DNA from: a bacterium
GTDB lineage: Bacteria; Babelota; Babeliae; Babelales; RVW-14
Direction of reading: 5' to 3'
Assembly: GCA_043822925.1 (NCBI GenBank)
Contig: JBDRBF010000008.1
Span: 1 to 64,000, forward strand
DNA length: 64,000 nucleotides
In this document: positions 39,683 to 51,747 of the stretch, one piece after another
How the letters are laid out: every line of letters begins with the position of its first letter
Numbering within the stretch: the first letter of the stretch is position 1
Made by a program: the position numbers and the translations under genes
Notes under the pieces: generated by a model
What the model was told of the DNA's origin: nothing
The model's input: only the letters and a program-made list of their open reading frames with translations
The model's database searches: none

Positions 39683-40501
39683 TTATGGGCGTCTTCTTTT
39701 TAAAATCGCGGTGCTCTTATTCTTTCTTGTTCTTACACCCTTACAGCTCTTTCCCCATGGAGTCATAGGATGAGAGCCAGATTTTGATCGACCTTCACCT
39801 CCTCCATGTGGATGATCCACCGGATTCATAGCCATACCACGGACTGTTGGTCGCTTTCCAAGCCATCGCGATCTTCCAGCTTTTCCTATCACCATATTTC
39901 TAAAATCGGCATTAGACAATGTCCCAACAGTTGCCCAATTATCAGCCGAAACCGTTCTTAACTCACCTGAAGGCATTTTTAAAATTGCATTATCTTCTTC
40001 TCGTCCAACAAGTTGAACAGCACAACCAGCACTACGTGCAAATTTGCCTCCTCTACCAGGATAAAGTTCAACGTTGTGAACAAAAAAACCTACCGGTACA
40101 TGCTTGAGCGGCAGACAGTTTCCAACCTGAGCCTCAGCTTTCGCACTCGCAACTACAGCTTCGCCAACCTTAAGTCCATCAGGCTTAAGAATATATCCCT
40201 TTGCGCCATTCGCATAAGAAACCAAAGCAATTAATAAATTTCTATTTGGATCATACTCAAAAGCTTTGACAACCCCAGGGATCTCTTTATGCATACGCTT
40301 AAAATCTATTATTCTGTATAATTTTTTCGCGCCGCCCCCACGATGTCGACAAGTAATACGTCCATATGAATTACGACCACCTGTTTTAGACAAAGAACTT
40401 ACAAGCCCTCTCTCAGGTCTTTTTTTAGTCAAATCATCATGAACTATATACTGCTGTGTTCGCAATGAAGAATTTGTTGGCTTTCTTGTTATCACGGCCA
40501 T
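39683..40501 (-). CDS. rplB: 50S ribosomal protein L2
   Basis: EYDPNR, VRGMAMNPVDHPHGGGEG. Confidence 0.98.
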   Translation of the reverse strand: MAVITRKPTNSSLRTQQYIVHDDLTKKRPERGLVSSLSKTGGRNSYGRITCRHRGGGAKKLYRIIDFKRMHKEIPGVVKAFEYDPNRNLLIALVSYANGAKGYILKPDGLKVGEAVVASAKAEAQVGNCLPLKHVPVGFFVHNVELYPGRGGKFARSAGCAVQLVGREEDNAILKMPSGELRTVSADNWATVGTLSNADFRNMVIGKAGRSRWLGKRPTVRGMAMNPVDHPHGGGEGRSKSGSHPMTPWGKSCKGVRTRKNKSTAILKRRRP

Positions 40502-40539
40502 TCTCTGCATCCTTTATTTACTTTTTAACCTAAGATCCC

Positions 40540-40890
40540 TTATTCGTTGCCTGCAACCGAATTCTGATCCGAAGAACCACCAACTAAATTTAAAGCTTCT
40601 ACCATTCCAGGGATTTCAATTTTATATCCCTTTTTTAAAGTGATAATTGCTTTTTTCTTATCCGATCCCTTCGATTGTCTTCTCATAACAATACGGTTTT
40701 TACCTATTTTGTTAAGAACACGGACCTCGGCAACCTTAACATTCCAAATTTTTTCAACAGCATCTCGAATAACCAACTTATTAGCCGATTTGTGTACTTC
40801 AAAAGTAACTTTCCCAAACTTTTGATATTGTTCTACACTTTTGCTCGAAATAACCGCTTTTTTTATGATATCGTAAATACTTAATTCCAT
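40540..40890 (-). CDS. rplW: 50S ribosomal protein L23
   Basis: [17 protein letters not shown]; start MELSIYD. Confidence 0.96.
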   Translation of the reverse strand: MELSIYDIIKKAVISSKSVEQYQKFGKVTFEVHKSANKLVIRDAVEKIWNVKVAEVRVLNKIGKNRIVMRRQSKGSDKKKAIITLKKGYKIEIPGMVEALNLVGGSSDQNSVAGNE

Positions 40891-41519
40891 TGTAAAATCA
40901 TATCTTTTAAGAAATCCATATCTTTTTTCAGAAACACCCAACAATCAGAATTACTTAAAGCAAAAGCATTTGGTTGATCAAAATGAACAATCGAAACATA
41001 TGGAATATTTCTAAAAGAAGCAAAGTTCACATCATCATGATGAGACAAAAATAATGTTACCTTCTTTTCAGAAAAACCCATGTTTTTTAATGCTACATTT
41101 GCTTTTGTTGTATTTGGTTTTATATCACTATTAAAATCCAATCCACACAACAAATTATTATCTAAAAAAGAAAACAAAATATTATTAAAAACTAATTTGT
41201 TTTGTTTTTTAAGTATCGAAAGAGTTCTAACACGAGGTTGGGGGCCAAAAACAACCCCTCCCTTTCTCCACAAAGGAGATCGAAGACTTCCCGCGCGAGC
41301 TCTACCAGTACCTTTTTGTTTCCACGGTTTTTTATTTGAAAAAGCAAGCTCACCGCGAGTTTTACAGCCGACCGTTCCTTGGCGCTGATTCTGATGAAAC
41401 GCTTTTATAACACATGAATATGTTTTTGGACTGACATCTTTTCGTGTAAGATCAAATTCTAATGGAAAACTTTCACTTTTTTTACCACTAAAATCGTATA
41501 CTTGTATTGTTACAGCCAT
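40881..41519 (-). CDS. rplD: 50S ribosomal protein L4
   Basis: [28 protein letters not shown]. Confidence 0.98.
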   Translation of the reverse strand: MAVTIQVYDFSGKKSESFPLEFDLTRKDVSPKTYSCVIKAFHQNQRQGTVGCKTRGELAFSNKKPWKQKGTGRARAGSLRSPLWRKGGVVFGPQPRVRTLSILKKQNKLVFNNILFSFLDNNLLCGLDFNSDIKPNTTKANVALKNMGFSEKKVTLFLSHHDDVNFASFRNIPYVSIVHFDQPNAFALSNSDCWVFLKKDMDFLKDMILQWN

Positions 41520-41520
41520 C

Positions 41521-42153
41521 CTATATTCCTTGCTTTCTAACCACTAATACCGTGTCTTTTTTTCCAGGAACAGCACCTTTAACAAACAAACATTTATTTC
41601 CAGCATCAATACGCACGACCTGTAATCCGCGTATTGTAAAATGCCTAAACCCATGTCTTCCTGGTAAACGCTTACCTTTTATAACTTCACCTTGAGTTCT
41701 CATATGACCAATTGCGCCAGGACGACGAAGGAACATAGAACCGTGCGATGCAAAACCACCACTAAAGTGCCAACGCTTCACAACACCCTGGAAACCCATG
41801 CCCTTACTTCTACCCGTAACCGCAATTACATCACCTTCTTTGAGCGAAGTAAAATCAAAAGAAACTACCTGTCCTGCTTTAAAATCGTGCTTTTCTGAAG
41901 AAGCAACCTCTTTTATGCATGAAAAATGCTCTTTTTTATCTTTCAACCACTCGGAAGAATATACTTTATCTCGATATTTCTTTCTCAAAAGACCAAGCTG
42001 TAAAGATGCATACCCATCATTTTCTTTTGTTTTAACTTGCAACACAAACCAGTTTGCAACATCAACAACAGAAACAGGGACAACTCGACCCGTTTGATCG
42101 AAGATTTGAGTCATTCCAATTTTTGTACCTAAAAGTCTATCTAACATAAACAC
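41521..42153 (-). CDS. rplC: 50S ribosomal protein L3
   Basis: [28 protein letters not shown]. Confidence 0.98.
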   Translation of the reverse strand: MFMLDRLLGTKIGMTQIFDQTGRVVPVSVVDVANWFVLQVKTKENDGYASLQLGLLRKKYRDKVYSSEWLKDKKEHFSCIKEVASSEKHDFKAGQVVSFDFTSLKEGDVIAVTGRSKGMGFQGVVKRWHFSGGFASHGSMFLRRPGAIGHMRTQGEVIKGKRLPGRHGFRHFTIRGLQVVRIDAGNKCLFVKGAVPGKKDTVLVVRKQGI

Positions 42154-42174
42154 CTGCCTCAGTATCTCGTTGCA

Positions 42175-42480
42175 TTATTTAATTTCAACATCAACCCCTG
42201 CTGATATATTCAACTTCATTAACGCATCCATCGTTTGCTCAACTGGAGATAATATATCCAGAATACGCTTATGAGTTGTCATATCAAACTGCTCTCTTGA
42301 TTTCTTGTCTACGTGAGGAGATCTCAACACCGTAAAACATTTTCTTCGACTCGGCAACGGTACAGGCCCCAAAACTTGGGAGCCTGTACGTTTTACCGTT
42401 AAAACAATTTGTTTTACTGCATTATCAAGAAGTTGATGATCATACGATTTTAGTGTTAAACGAATTTTATGTTTTTTCAT
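42175..42480 (-). CDS. rpsJ: 30S ribosomal protein S10
   Basis: [19 protein letters not shown]. Confidence 0.98.
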   Translation of the reverse strand: MKKHKIRLTLKSYDHQLLDNAVKQIVLTVKRTGSQVLGPVPLPSRRKCFTVLRSPHVDKKSREQFDMTTHKRILDILSPVEQTMDALMKLNISAGVDVEIK

Positions 42481-42487
42481 ATTCAGT

Positions 42488-43678
42488 CTATTCTATAATT
42501 TCGATAACAACACCAGCTCCAATAGTTCTACCACCTTCTCGAATAGCAAATTTCACGTCTTTATCCATTGCAATTTTGCTAACAAGTTCAACAGAAATTT
42601 CTACGTTATCACCAGGCATAACCATTTCACGACCAGCTGGTAGCGTTATAGATCCTGTTACGTCTGTTGTTCTGAAATAAAACTGAGGACGATATCCACT
42701 AAAAAATGGACTATGCCTTCCGCCTTCCTCTTTTTTCAATACAACAATTTGCGCTTTAAATTTAAAATGCGGAGTAACCGACCCTGGAGCCGCAAGAACT
42801 TGTCCTCGTTCAACATCTTCTTTTTTAATACCACGCAACAAAATACCAACGTTATCACCAGGTAAACAATCTTTCATTTCCTTGTTAAACATTTCAATAC
42901 CGGTAACCGTCGTTTTTACGGTATCTTTCAATCCAACAATTGCAATTTCATCGCCAACCTTAACAACACCGCGATCAACACGGCCTGTTACTACAGTTCC
43001 ACGGCCAGAAATTGAAAAAACGTCTTCAACTGGCATCAAAAATGGTTTAGCAATATCACGAGGCGGAATTTGTATAAAACTATCAATAGCATCCATTAAT
43101 CTCATAATAGACGGAGCACCAAATTCACTTGTATCACCATTCAATGCTTTAAGAGCTGAACCTCTAATAATAGGAGTCTTATCTCCTGGAAAACCATTAG
43201 ACGTTAACAATTCACGAACTTCTTCTTCAACAAGATCGATCATATCTGGATCATCAACCATATCAACTTTGTTCAAGAAAACAACAACTGCTGGAACGTT
43301 AACTTGTCGAGCCAAAAGAATGTGCTCTCGAGTTTGAGGCATTGGACCATCTGCAGCTGAAACAACAAGAATTGCGCCGTCCATTTGCGCAGCACCAGTG
43401 ATCATGTTTTTAACATAATCAGCGTGGCCTGGACAATCAACGTGCGCATAATGACGCTTATCCGTATTGTATTCAACGTGTGTAACCGCAATAGTAATAC
43501 CACGAGCTTTTTCTTCTGGCGCTTTATCAATCTGATCGAATGATTTAAATTGAGCCCAGCCTTTTTCAGCCAAAACCTTAGTAATAGCTGCCGTCAAAGT
43601 TGTCTTTCCATGATCAACGTGACCAATTGTGCCAACGTTACAATGTTCTTTCGTACGCTCAAATACACCTTTTGCCAT
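42488..43678 (-). CDS. tuf: Elongation factor Tu
   Basis: [28 protein letters not shown]. Confidence 0.99.
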   Translation of the reverse strand: MAKGVFERTKEHCNVGTIGHVDHGKTTLTAAITKVLAEKGWAQFKSFDQIDKAPEEKARGITIAVTHVEYNTDKRHYAHVDCPGHADYVKNMITGAAQMDGAILVVSAADGPMPQTREHILLARQVNVPAVVVFLNKVDMVDDPDMIDLVEEEVRELLTSNGFPGDKTPIIRGSALKALNGDTSEFGAPSIMRLMDAIDSFIQIPPRDIAKPFLMPVEDVFSISGRGTVVTGRVDRGVVKVGDEIAIVGLKDTVKTTVTGIEMFNKEMKDCLPGDNVGILLRGIKKEDVERGQVLAAPGSVTPHFKFKAQIVVLKKEEGGRHSPFFSGYRPQFYFRTTDVTGSITLPAGREMVMPGDNVEISVELVSKIAMDKDVKFAIREGGRTIGAGVVIEIIE

Positions 43679-43731
43679 TCCTTATTCCTTCCAGACTCTA
43701 ACTAATTAGTATATTACTTAACTTATTTTCA

Positions 43732-45798
43732 TCATTTTTTTTTGCTAACAATCTCATCCTGAGTATTCTTAGGTACTTCACGATAGATCTCAAATTGCAT
43801 AGAATACGTTGCTCGTCCTTTTGACATGGAACGCAACGACGTTGCATACCCAAACATCTCTCCAAGAGGAACTTCTGCACGTATTACCTGCACCCCTTTT
43901 CTTGTTTCCATTCCTAAAATTCGTCCACGTCGTGAATTTAAATCACCAATAACATCTCCCATGTTTTCTTCAGGCGTCGTTACTTCAACTTTCATGATAG
44001 GCTCCAATAGAACAGAAGACGCCTTTGTTAAACCATCTCGAAACGCTATCGATGCTGCTATTTTAAACGCAAGCTCAGACGAATCAACATCATGATAAGT
44101 ACCATCGTCCACAATCGCTTTTACGTCAACAACAGGATACCCCGCAAGAACGCCTGCATCAGTCGCTTCTCGCACACCTTTTTCAATTCCAGGAATAAAT
44201 TCTCGAGGAATCGATCCCCCTTTTATTTTTTCCTCAAACAGGAACCCTTCTCCACGAGCAAGAGGTTCAAGCTGCAACCAGACGTGACCGTACTGACCAT
44301 GTCCACCAGACTGCCGAATAAATTTTCCTTCAACTCGAACTGGCTTCTGTATTGTTTCTTTATAAGCAACCTGAGCTTTACCAACAGTTGCCTCAACTTT
44401 ATACTCACGAAACAACCGATCAACGATAATCTCTAAATGCAACTCACCCATTCCTTTGATAATCGTTTGACCTGTTTCATCATCATAAGAATATTTGAAA
44501 GAAGGATCTTCTTGCGCTAATTTACGCAACCCAAGAACCATTTTTTCATAATCACCTTTACCTTTTGGCTCAATAGCAACACTAATAACAGTTTCTGGGC
44601 AAGTGATCGTTTCTAACAATATCGGACTATTTTCAGCCGAGAGAGTATCGCCCGTCGTAACATCTTTGATACCAACAATAGCAATAACATCGCCAGCGCC
44701 AGCTTCTTTTATCTCTTCTCGCTTATTAGAATGCATGCGAAGCAATCGGCTTACACGCTCCTTATTTCCCTTAGTTGCGTTATAAACATATGAGCCACCC
44801 TCAAGAACCCCTGAATAAATTCGCGCAAAAGTCAAAGATCCAACGAAAGGATCAATCATAATCTTAAACGCTAAAGCACAAAAAGGTTCTTTATCATCAG
44901 CTTTACGAACATCTGTAGCCTTTGTCTTCGGATTTATGCCTTCAACTGGAGGAACATCTAATGGTGAAGGTAAGTATTCAACAACACCATCAAGCATTAA
45001 TTGAACGCCTTTATTCTTAAATGCCGCTCCACAAAAGACAGGTGTAACTTCTTGACTTAGCACGCCAGCTCTCAAAGCCAACTTAACTTCTTCTATTGAA
45101 AACTCTTTTCCGTCTAAATATCTCTCAGCCAACGAATCATCAAAATCACAAGCGCGCTCCACAATAGCTTTATACATTTCTTCCATTTGTGCATGGAACT
45201 CAACTGGAACGTCTTCCCACGTCATAACCTTCGTTTCTTCGTTGAACACAGCCATTTTTCTCGTCAAAACGTCGATAATCGACTTAAAATTTTCAGACTC
45301 CCCAACAGGAATTTGCATTGCCAGAGGACTACCCTGTAATTTTTCATCAATCTCTTTAACGACAGAAAAATAATCGCCGCCGATACGATCAAGCTTATTA
45401 ACAAAAGCAATACGAGGAACCTTGTGTTTATCAGCTTGCCTCCAAACTGTTTCAGACTGAGGCTCTACGCCACTAACGCCACAAAAAACCACCACAGCTC
45501 CGTCAAGCACTCGCAATGATCGTTCAACTTCTATTGTAAAATCAACGTGACCAGGCGTATCAATAATATTGATTTGATGATCTTTCCAGTAACAGGTCGT
45601 CGCGGCCGCTGTAATAGTAATACCGCGCTCTCGCTCCTGCTCCATCCAGTCCATAATCGCTTCACCCTCATGAACCTCACCTATTTTATGAGTCTCACCA
45701 GTGTAAAACAGAACGCGCTCGCTAACTGTTGTCTTACCAGCGTCTATATGAGCAATGATTCCAATATTTCTATACTTATCTAAATTCTTACTAGCCAT
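43732..45798 (-). CDS. fusA: Elongation factor G
   Basis: [24 protein letters not shown]. Confidence 0.99.
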   Translation of the reverse strand: MASKNLDKYRNIGIIAHIDAGKTTVSERVLFYTGETHKIGEVHEGEAIMDWMEQERERGITITAAATTCYWKDHQINIIDTPGHVDFTIEVERSLRVLDGAVVVFCGVSGVEPQSETVWRQADKHKVPRIAFVNKLDRIGGDYFSVVKEIDEKLQGSPLAMQIPVGESENFKSIIDVLTRKMAVFNEETKVMTWEDVPVEFHAQMEEMYKAIVERACDFDDSLAERYLDGKEFSIEEVKLALRAGVLSQEVTPVFCGAAFKNKGVQLMLDGVVEYLPSPLDVPPVEGINPKTKATDVRKADDKEPFCALAFKIMIDPFVGSLTFARIYSGVLEGGSYVYNATKGNKERVSRLLRMHSNKREEIKEAGAGDVIAIVGIKDVTTGDTLSAENSPILLETITCPETVISVAIEPKGKGDYEKMVLGLRKLAQEDPSFKYSYDDETGQTIIKGMGELHLEIIVDRLFREYKVEATVGKAQVAYKETIQKPVRVEGKFIRQSGGHGQYGHVWLQLEPLARGEGFLFEEKIKGGSIPREFIPGIEKGVREATDAGVLAGYPVVDVKAIVDDGTYHDVDSSELAFKIAASIAFRDGLTKASSVLLEPIMKVEVTTPEENMGDVIGDLNSRRGRILGMETRKGVQVIRAEVPLGEMFGYATSLRSMSKGRATYSMQFEIYREVPKNTQDEIVSKKK

Positions 45799-45809
45799 GT
45801 CTATTCCTA

Positions 45810-46289
45810 TTACCAAGCATAATGAGAGAAAGCTCTGTTCGCTTCAGCCATTCTATGAACATCCAACTTCTTCTTTATCGCATTTCCATTGCCTTCTGCA
45901 GCTTCAAGAAGCTCATACGCAAGGCGCTCACCCATCGTTTTATTTGAACGACCAGAAGCAGCATCTAGAATCCATCGGAAGGCCAACGTAGTCGCACGAC
46001 TAGATCTCAGCTCAACAGGAACTTGATAAACACCACCACCAACACGGCGTGACTTTACTTCAACATAAGGTTTTACCGAATTAATCGCCTTTTCAAACAA
46101 AGCGAAACTCTTTTTTTCATCGCCAATTTTTTTAACAATTATATCAAAGGCATCGTACACAATAGTACGCGCTATATTTTTCTTACCATCTTTCATCACA
46201 ATATTGATAAATTTCTGGACAACGTAAGAGTTAAACCGAGGATCCACCCCTATCTCTCTCACAAAACCAGCTTTTTTACGCCTTGGCAT
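45810..46289 (-). CDS. rpsG: 30S ribosomal protein S7
   Basis: [27 protein letters not shown]. Confidence 0.98.
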   Translation of the reverse strand: MPRRKKAGFVREIGVDPRFNSYVVQKFINIVMKDGKKNIARTIVYDAFDIIVKKIGDEKKSFALFEKAINSVKPYVEVKSRRVGGGVYQVPVELRSSRATTLAFRWILDAASGRSNKTMGERLAYELLEAAEGNGNAIKKKLDVHRMAEANRAFSHYAW

Positions 46290-46671
46290 TAGGAGTATCT
46301 CCCTTCTTACGTTTAGCACCATACAAAGAACGACTTTGATTACGCTTCTCAACACCAGCCGAGTCTAAAGTTCCTCGAACAATGTGATATCGCACTCCTG
46401 GCAAATCTTTTACTTTTCCACCACGAACAAGCACAACTGAGTGCTCTTGCAAGTTATGGCCTTCCCCAGGAATATACGCGGTTACTTCTTTCCCTGTTGT
46501 CAATTTCACACGAGCAACTTTACGCAATGCAGAGTTTGGTTTTTTAGGTGTTTGCGTATATACACGAATACAAACACCGCGCTTTTGTGGACACTCCACT
46601 AACGCAGGCGATTTCGAAAACTCTCGAGTTTTCCGACGCTTACTTCGAACAAGCTGATTAATCGTTGGCAT
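46276..46671 (-). CDS. rpsL: 30S ribosomal protein S12
   Basis: [26 protein letters not shown]. Confidence 0.99.
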   Translation of the reverse strand: MPTINQLVRSKRRKTREFSKSPALVECPQKRGVCIRVYTQTPKKPNSALRKVARVKLTTGKEVTAYIPGEGHNLQEHSVVLVRGGKVKDLPGVRYHIVRGTLDSAGVEKRNQSRSLYGAKRKKGDTPNAKA

Positions 46672-47148
46672 ATCTTACAACCTTACACGTAATATGTAAT
46701 ATAAAAAAAATACTACAAAAAAATTCTGTTAGTCCTATTGAACACTCTTTTTACCTATAAATTCTCATATTTGTAGAAAATATAGAAGAAACTTTTAGTT
46801 CTTAGCGCTATTTTTAGATACTTTATTGCTACAACTCACAGTACTCAAAAAATATTCTAGCCTTAATTTTATATTTTTTCTCAATTTTTTCAAGCAAATA
46901 TTGAGCTCATTTACTCGTAAAGCATACTATGCTATACAACAACCGTTACAATATTGCAATTGTTGCAAATCGAATTTAGTTCACATCTGCTTACATACAG
47001 TTTATGCTTAAAGACACTCATTTGATGATCTTCTTTGATAAACAGTAGGATTATTTCGACAAATAAAGTACTCTAAAATCATGTATTAATAAGTTTGTTT
47101 TTTTAAACTTTGAATATTTTAAATATTTTTGAAAATAAGGATAGAAAT

Positions 47149-48315
47149 ATGTCACTAAATACCATTCTCCCATTTATTTCATCAAAAATTCTTCCTCTTA
47201 TTTTTTCTATTATAGGCTTTGGACTTCTCATTCTAGTCCATGAACTAGGACATTTCTTTTTTTGCAAAGCATTTAGTATACACACCCCAACGTTTTCCAT
47301 CGGATTTGGATCAAAAATCATTGAAAGAAAAATTGGGGCAACAAATTTTAGAATATCTGCTATCCCCCTTGGTGGATATGTAGAAATAGCAGGACTCTCC
47401 GAAATAGGCCAAGGCGAACAAGAATCGGCACAAATAACAGGCGAGAACTCTTTCAATGAAAAACCTTTCTGGCAAAAATTTCTTGTTTTAAGTGGTGGAA
47501 TACTTTTTAACCTTATATTTGCCTATTTTGTATTTTGCTGTGTATTCATTGTTGGAGAACCAAACAAGAAACAAATAATAACAATTGCACACATCGTTAA
47601 AGGCTCCCCTGCCGAAAAAGCAGGCCTAAAAGAAAAAGACGAAGTTTTACGAATTCAAGACGTCTCTCTCATCCCTGATTCAGAAAAAACCATAACGACA
47701 TCATCAGCGCAAGCAACTTTTTTACAAATAATACGCGACAACCCCACTAAACCAATCAATCTAATAATTCTCAGAGAAAACAAAGAAATCAAAATATCTG
47801 TTGTACCAGAATCAACACAAGAAAATAACCTCACCGTTGGCAAAATAGGCGTTTTTCCGGTTATTCCAATGCCTCGCCTATCGATCTTTCAAGCAGCAAC
47901 TCAAAGCTTTTGGACAACCCTTGACTGGATAACAAAAATCACCGACGGTATAAAACACATGTTCCAATCAAAAAGCTTAGAAGGTGCTGGAGGCCCAGTA
48001 CGCATCTTTGAACAAGGATTCAGATTCGCTCAAAACGGCATAATAGCTTTTCTACTTTTTTTGGCCATAATAAGCGTCAGTTTGGCTGTTTTTAATCTCC
48101 TCCCTCTTGGCATCACAGATGGCGGGCAATTACTATTAACAACAATAGAAGCTATTATAAGACGACCAATCCCTGAATACATAAGACTCGCAATCAACGT
48201 GATCTCATTAATCCTATTTGCATTCTTATTTATATACTTGACGTATAAAGACACTGTACAAATCTTCGGCAAGACTTTTATGAATATTTACAAAAAAATC
48301 ATTCATTTATTTTAA
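47149..48315 (+). CDS. rseP: RIP metalloprotease RseP (M50, one PDZ)
   Basis: HELGH, FSIGFG, IPLGGYV, PDZ SPAEKAGLK, FNLLP..TDGG. Confidence 0.93.
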   Translation: MSLNTILPFISSKILPLIFSIIGFGLLILVHELGHFFFCKAFSIHTPTFSIGFGSKIIERKIGATNFRISAIPLGGYVEIAGLSEIGQGEQESAQITGENSFNEKPFWQKFLVLSGGILFNLIFAYFVFCCVFIVGEPNKKQIITIAHIVKGSPAEKAGLKEKDEVLRIQDVSLIPDSEKTITTSSAQATFLQIIRDNPTKPINLIILRENKEIKISVVPESTQENNLTVGKIGVFPVIPMPRLSIFQAATQSFWTTLDWITKITDGIKHMFQSKSLEGAGGPVRIFEQGFRFAQNGIIAFLLFLAIISVSLAVFNLLPLGITDGGQLLLTTIEAIIRRPIPEYIRLAINVISLILFAFLFIYLTYKDTVQIFGKTFMNIYKKIIHLF

Positions 48316-48357
48316 AATAATTCAAGCTGCTTATTTGAACCTTATCGGCTGGGATGA

Positions 48358-49212
48358 TTAAATTACGTCCCAGTCATGAGGATTCTGAATAAAATGCTCA
48401 ACGACACACCGATTAAAATTATGACCAGTCTTACTCGCCTTTACATGACCAGCAAGAGCATGCCCAAGCAATCCCAAATCTCCAATTAAATCAAGTACTT
48501 TATGCCGTATACACTCATCCGGAAACCGTGGATCATTTATAAACTCATGCTCTCCAATCACTACCGTATTGCCAAGCGACGACCCCTGAGCCAGTCCATG
48601 TTTTTTCATGAACGGCAACTGATCTAAAAACCCAAACGTTCGAGCAGGCGCAATTTCTTGAATAAAACAATCATGCGTCACACAAGCACTAAAAAAATTT
48701 TTACCCACTAATGGATGTGTAAAATCTGATTCATAATCGATATATAAATTTTTGTCATTATTACAGGCAGAGCTCACTGAAATCTTACGCCCCTGGTCGT
48801 CGTTAAAAATAAGCTCTTTTTTTGGCGTAAGATATTTTTTAGCCCCAATTTGATCTTCAAACCCACAATCCAAAATTTCCTGAACAAACGGTAAAGCACT
48901 GCCATCTCCAATAGGAATCTCCGCCCCCTGCACATCAATCGCAACATTATCTACGCCCAACATTATAAGCGCAGCGAGTAAATGCTCTGTCGTACTCAAC
49001 ACCCAACTTTTTTGCCGCACAACCGTTGCATGCATCGTTTTTTCCGGAATTATACGTCCAACATGTATAGGCTCATCCGGAAACTGAGCATTATAAAACA
49101 CAATCCCATGATCAACAGAAGCAGCTCTTAAAACAATAGCTGTAGCCTTACCCGAATGGACCCCTATACCAAAAAGCATGATATTCTTTTTAATCGTCTT
49201 TTGCATGATCAC
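48358..49212 (-). CDS. lpxC: UDP-3-O-acyl-N-acetylglucosamine deacetylase
   Basis: GIGVHSG, TTEHLLAAL, EIPIGDGSA, ARTFGF, HKVLDLIGDL. Confidence 0.95.
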   Translation of the reverse strand: MIMQKTIKKNIMLFGIGVHSGKATAIVLRAASVDHGIVFYNAQFPDEPIHVGRIIPEKTMHATVVRQKSWVLSTTEHLLAALIMLGVDNVAIDVQGAEIPIGDGSALPFVQEILDCGFEDQIGAKKYLTPKKELIFNDDQGRKISVSSACNNDKNLYIDYESDFTHPLVGKNFFSACVTHDCFIQEIAPARTFGFLDQLPFMKKHGLAQGSSLGNTVVIGEHEFINDPRFPDECIRHKVLDLIGDLGLLGHALAGHVKASKTGHNFNRCVVEHFIQNPHDWDVI

Positions 49213-49230
49213 TATGCATCTTTCAAAAGT

Positions 49231-49263
49231 AAAAAGGGCAACGCTGCTTGCACAGCGTTGCCC
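49231..49263 (-). terminator. Intrinsic terminator after rplM
   Basis: GGGCAACGCTG-6nt-CAGCGTTGCCC then TTTTT on minus strand. Confidence 0.8.
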
Positions 49264-49289
49264 AGATATTTCTTACGCTATAAATATTA

Positions 49290-49709
49290 CTAAACTTGAG
49301 CTTGATGAGGATGCTCGTTGCCAGCATAAACTTTCAGCTTTTTGATAATTTTATGCCCCATTTTTGTTCGAGGAAGCATGCCTTTAACCGCATGTTCAAT
49401 CAAACGAGCCGGATCTTTAGCAAATACTTCACGAGCTGTACGTTCTTTCAAACCACCTCTCCACCCGGAATAAGACTTATAAATCTTATTATCAAACTTG
49501 CTACCAGATAATGCAATTTTATCACAGTTAACAACAACAACATAATCACCAGAATCCGTTTGAGGTGTAAAACCAGGTTTATCTTTACCACGCAAAATCA
49601 TTGCGATTTGCGTTGCCAAACGACCCAGAATTTGCCCTGAAGCGTCAATCACACGCCATTGAGGATCACGTAGTTCATGTCTCAGTACAAAAGCTTTATT
49701 CATATCCAT
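49290..49709 (-). CDS. rplM: 50S ribosomal protein L13
   Basis: W.VIDA.GQILGRLA, LRGKDKP, AVKGMLP, HPHQAQ. Confidence 0.97.
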   Translation of the reverse strand: MDMNKAFVLRHELRDPQWRVIDASGQILGRLATQIAMILRGKDKPGFTPQTDSGDYVVVVNCDKIALSGSKFDNKIYKSYSGWRGGLKERTAREVFAKDPARLIEHAVKGMLPRTKMGHKIIKKLKVYAGNEHPHQAQV

Positions 49710-49833
49710 AATAATGCCACCGGCTTCTATTTTATTAACCAATAATTAAGTATAAACTTCAAAAATCTAACGAACAGCCATCAGTCTAGAAGAAAAAACT
49801 ACATTGGTCAACACAAACAACAATACTTTTCTT

Positions 49834-51543
49834 TCATGATTCACAGCCATATTTACCATCAATTATCGCTACTACAAACGCTTTAAACAATGGATGAGCC
49901 TTAAGAGGTGATGATAAAAATTCTGGATGGAACTGCGTACCAAGCATAAATGGATGCCCCTTTATCTCTGCAATTTCAATCAAATCTTTATCTTTGAACG
50001 TACCTGAAAACACAAGGCCTGCCATCTCAAATTGCTCTTTGTATTTATTATTAAATTCATAACGATGTCTATGCCGCTCAAAAACCGTATTTTTTTGATA
50101 TGCCAAATACGCCTGAGTCCCGAGCACCAAACTACACTCATACTCGCCTAAACGCATAGAAGCCCCCTTTTGAACAACTTCTTGCTGCTCGGCTAAAAGC
50201 GATACAACCGGATAAAGGGTGTTCTTATCAACTTCTGTACTATGCGCACCCTCAAGCTTTAACATAGAACGTGCATATTCAATTAACAAAACCTGTAAAC
50301 CCAAGCATAACCCAAAATACGGAATATTATTCTCTCTAGCAAAACGAGCCGCCGCTATTTTGCCTTCAATCCCACGTTTATCAAAGCCACCAGGCACGAC
50401 AATTCCATCAACTTTTTTTATTTTTTGCCATGCCGATTCTTGCTTATCTTGAGCTCCGATATTTTCTTTCTCAAGAGCTTCTGCATCAATTAGCTCAACA
50501 TCTACCATTACACCACACGCATATCCAGCAGACCTCAACGCCTCAATAACGCTAATATATGGGTCATTATTTGTTACATATTTTGCAACAAGCCCGATAG
50601 ATACACATTTTACGCACTGACCAATGCGTCCAATTAATTGTTTCCAGGCTGATAAATCAGACTCGCGCGCCTGGCTCAGCCCAAAATACTCTTGAATGCG
50701 GGCCCCAACCTGCTGCTCATCTAAATCAAGAAAAAGTTTATATATTGGATTAAAAGATAAAACCTGAAAAATTAACGTTTTATGTACTCCACACATAATA
50801 GCCAATTTTTTCGCAGCGTGATCTGGAATAGGCTTAGCCGCACGTAAAAACAAACCATCTGGCATAAGCCCAGCTTCTTTAAGTGCATTAACACTATGTT
50901 GCGTTGGTTTCGTCTTAACTTCACCCGTCCACTCAAGATATGGCACATAACTCAAATGCCCATGAAATATGCTTCGAGGGTCCATTTCCATACGTATTTG
51001 ACGAATCGCTTCCAAAAAAGTCTGCCCCTCCATGTCTCCAACCGTGCCACCAATTTCAAGCAAAACAAAATCAACATCATGCTTTTGAGCAAAGGTGAAA
51101 AATCTATTTTTTATTGCATCAACAACATGAGGTACAAGCTGAATACATCTGCCTAAAAACTTCCCCTCACGCTCCCCCTCGATAATCTCTTTAAAAATTT
51201 GACCCGAAGATACAGACGAATCTTTAGTTAACCGAACACCTAGCGTACGCTCATAATGCCCTAAATCCAAGTCTGTCTCGGCCCCATCGCACGTCACAAA
51301 TACTTCACCATGCTCAAGTGGAGACATTGTTCCCGGATCAACATTAAGATACGGATCCCATTTAACAACCGATACAGAATAACCAGCATTTTGGAGCAAA
51401 ACACCTAACGACGATATCAAAACCCCTTTACCAATAGAAGAACAAACACCACCAGTAATCACAATAAGCTTTGTTTTTCGAATTTTCGATCTTTGTTCTT
51501 TGTACGCATCTATTTCACTATTCTTCAATGCTTCTTGAGTCAT
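49834..51543 (-). CDS. pyrG: CTP synthase
   Basis: TGGVCSSIGKG, DPYLNVDPGTMSP, GLCLG, RHRHRYE, QFHPE. Confidence 0.98.
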   Translation of the reverse strand: MTQEALKNSEIDAYKEQRSKIRKTKLIVITGGVCSSIGKGVLISSLGVLLQNAGYSVSVVKWDPYLNVDPGTMSPLEHGEVFVTCDGAETDLDLGHYERTLGVRLTKDSSVSSGQIFKEIIEGEREGKFLGRCIQLVPHVVDAIKNRFFTFAQKHDVDFVLLEIGGTVGDMEGQTFLEAIRQIRMEMDPRSIFHGHLSYVPYLEWTGEVKTKPTQHSVNALKEAGLMPDGLFLRAAKPIPDHAAKKLAIMCGVHKTLIFQVLSFNPIYKLFLDLDEQQVGARIQEYFGLSQARESDLSAWKQLIGRIGQCVKCVSIGLVAKYVTNNDPYISVIEALRSAGYACGVMVDVELIDAEALEKENIGAQDKQESAWQKIKKVDGIVVPGGFDKRGIEGKIAAARFARENNIPYFGLCLGLQVLLIEYARSMLKLEGAHSTEVDKNTLYPVVSLLAEQQEVVQKGASMRLGEYECSLVLGTQAYLAYQKNTVFERHRHRYEFNNKYKEQFEMAGLVFSGTFKDKDLIEIAEIKGHPFMLGTQFHPEFLSSPLKAHPLFKAFVVAIIDGKYGCES

Positions 51544-51747
51544 ATTAGCTACTCCCTTTTTCTTTTTTAACAAGCAAAAACGTCACTCGGTTTCTGTTTC
51601 ATTTTGCAATTATAAACAAGCAGTTTAACAAAATAATAAAAAAAGTTGATAATAAAACACATTTATTTAAACTAACCCTACAAATTAAATCGCTATTAAA
51701 TCGTTACAACAATATTTTAATTAACTTATTAACAAAAAGGACACACC

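Noticed and set aside
27891-45991. Plus-strand ORFs across the ribosomal operon
   Set aside because: Antisense shadows of conserved minus-strand genes
46672-47148. Long intergenic region and 61-aa ORF 46826-47011
   Set aside because: Very AT-rich divergent promoter region; no recognisable RNA structure or coding signal
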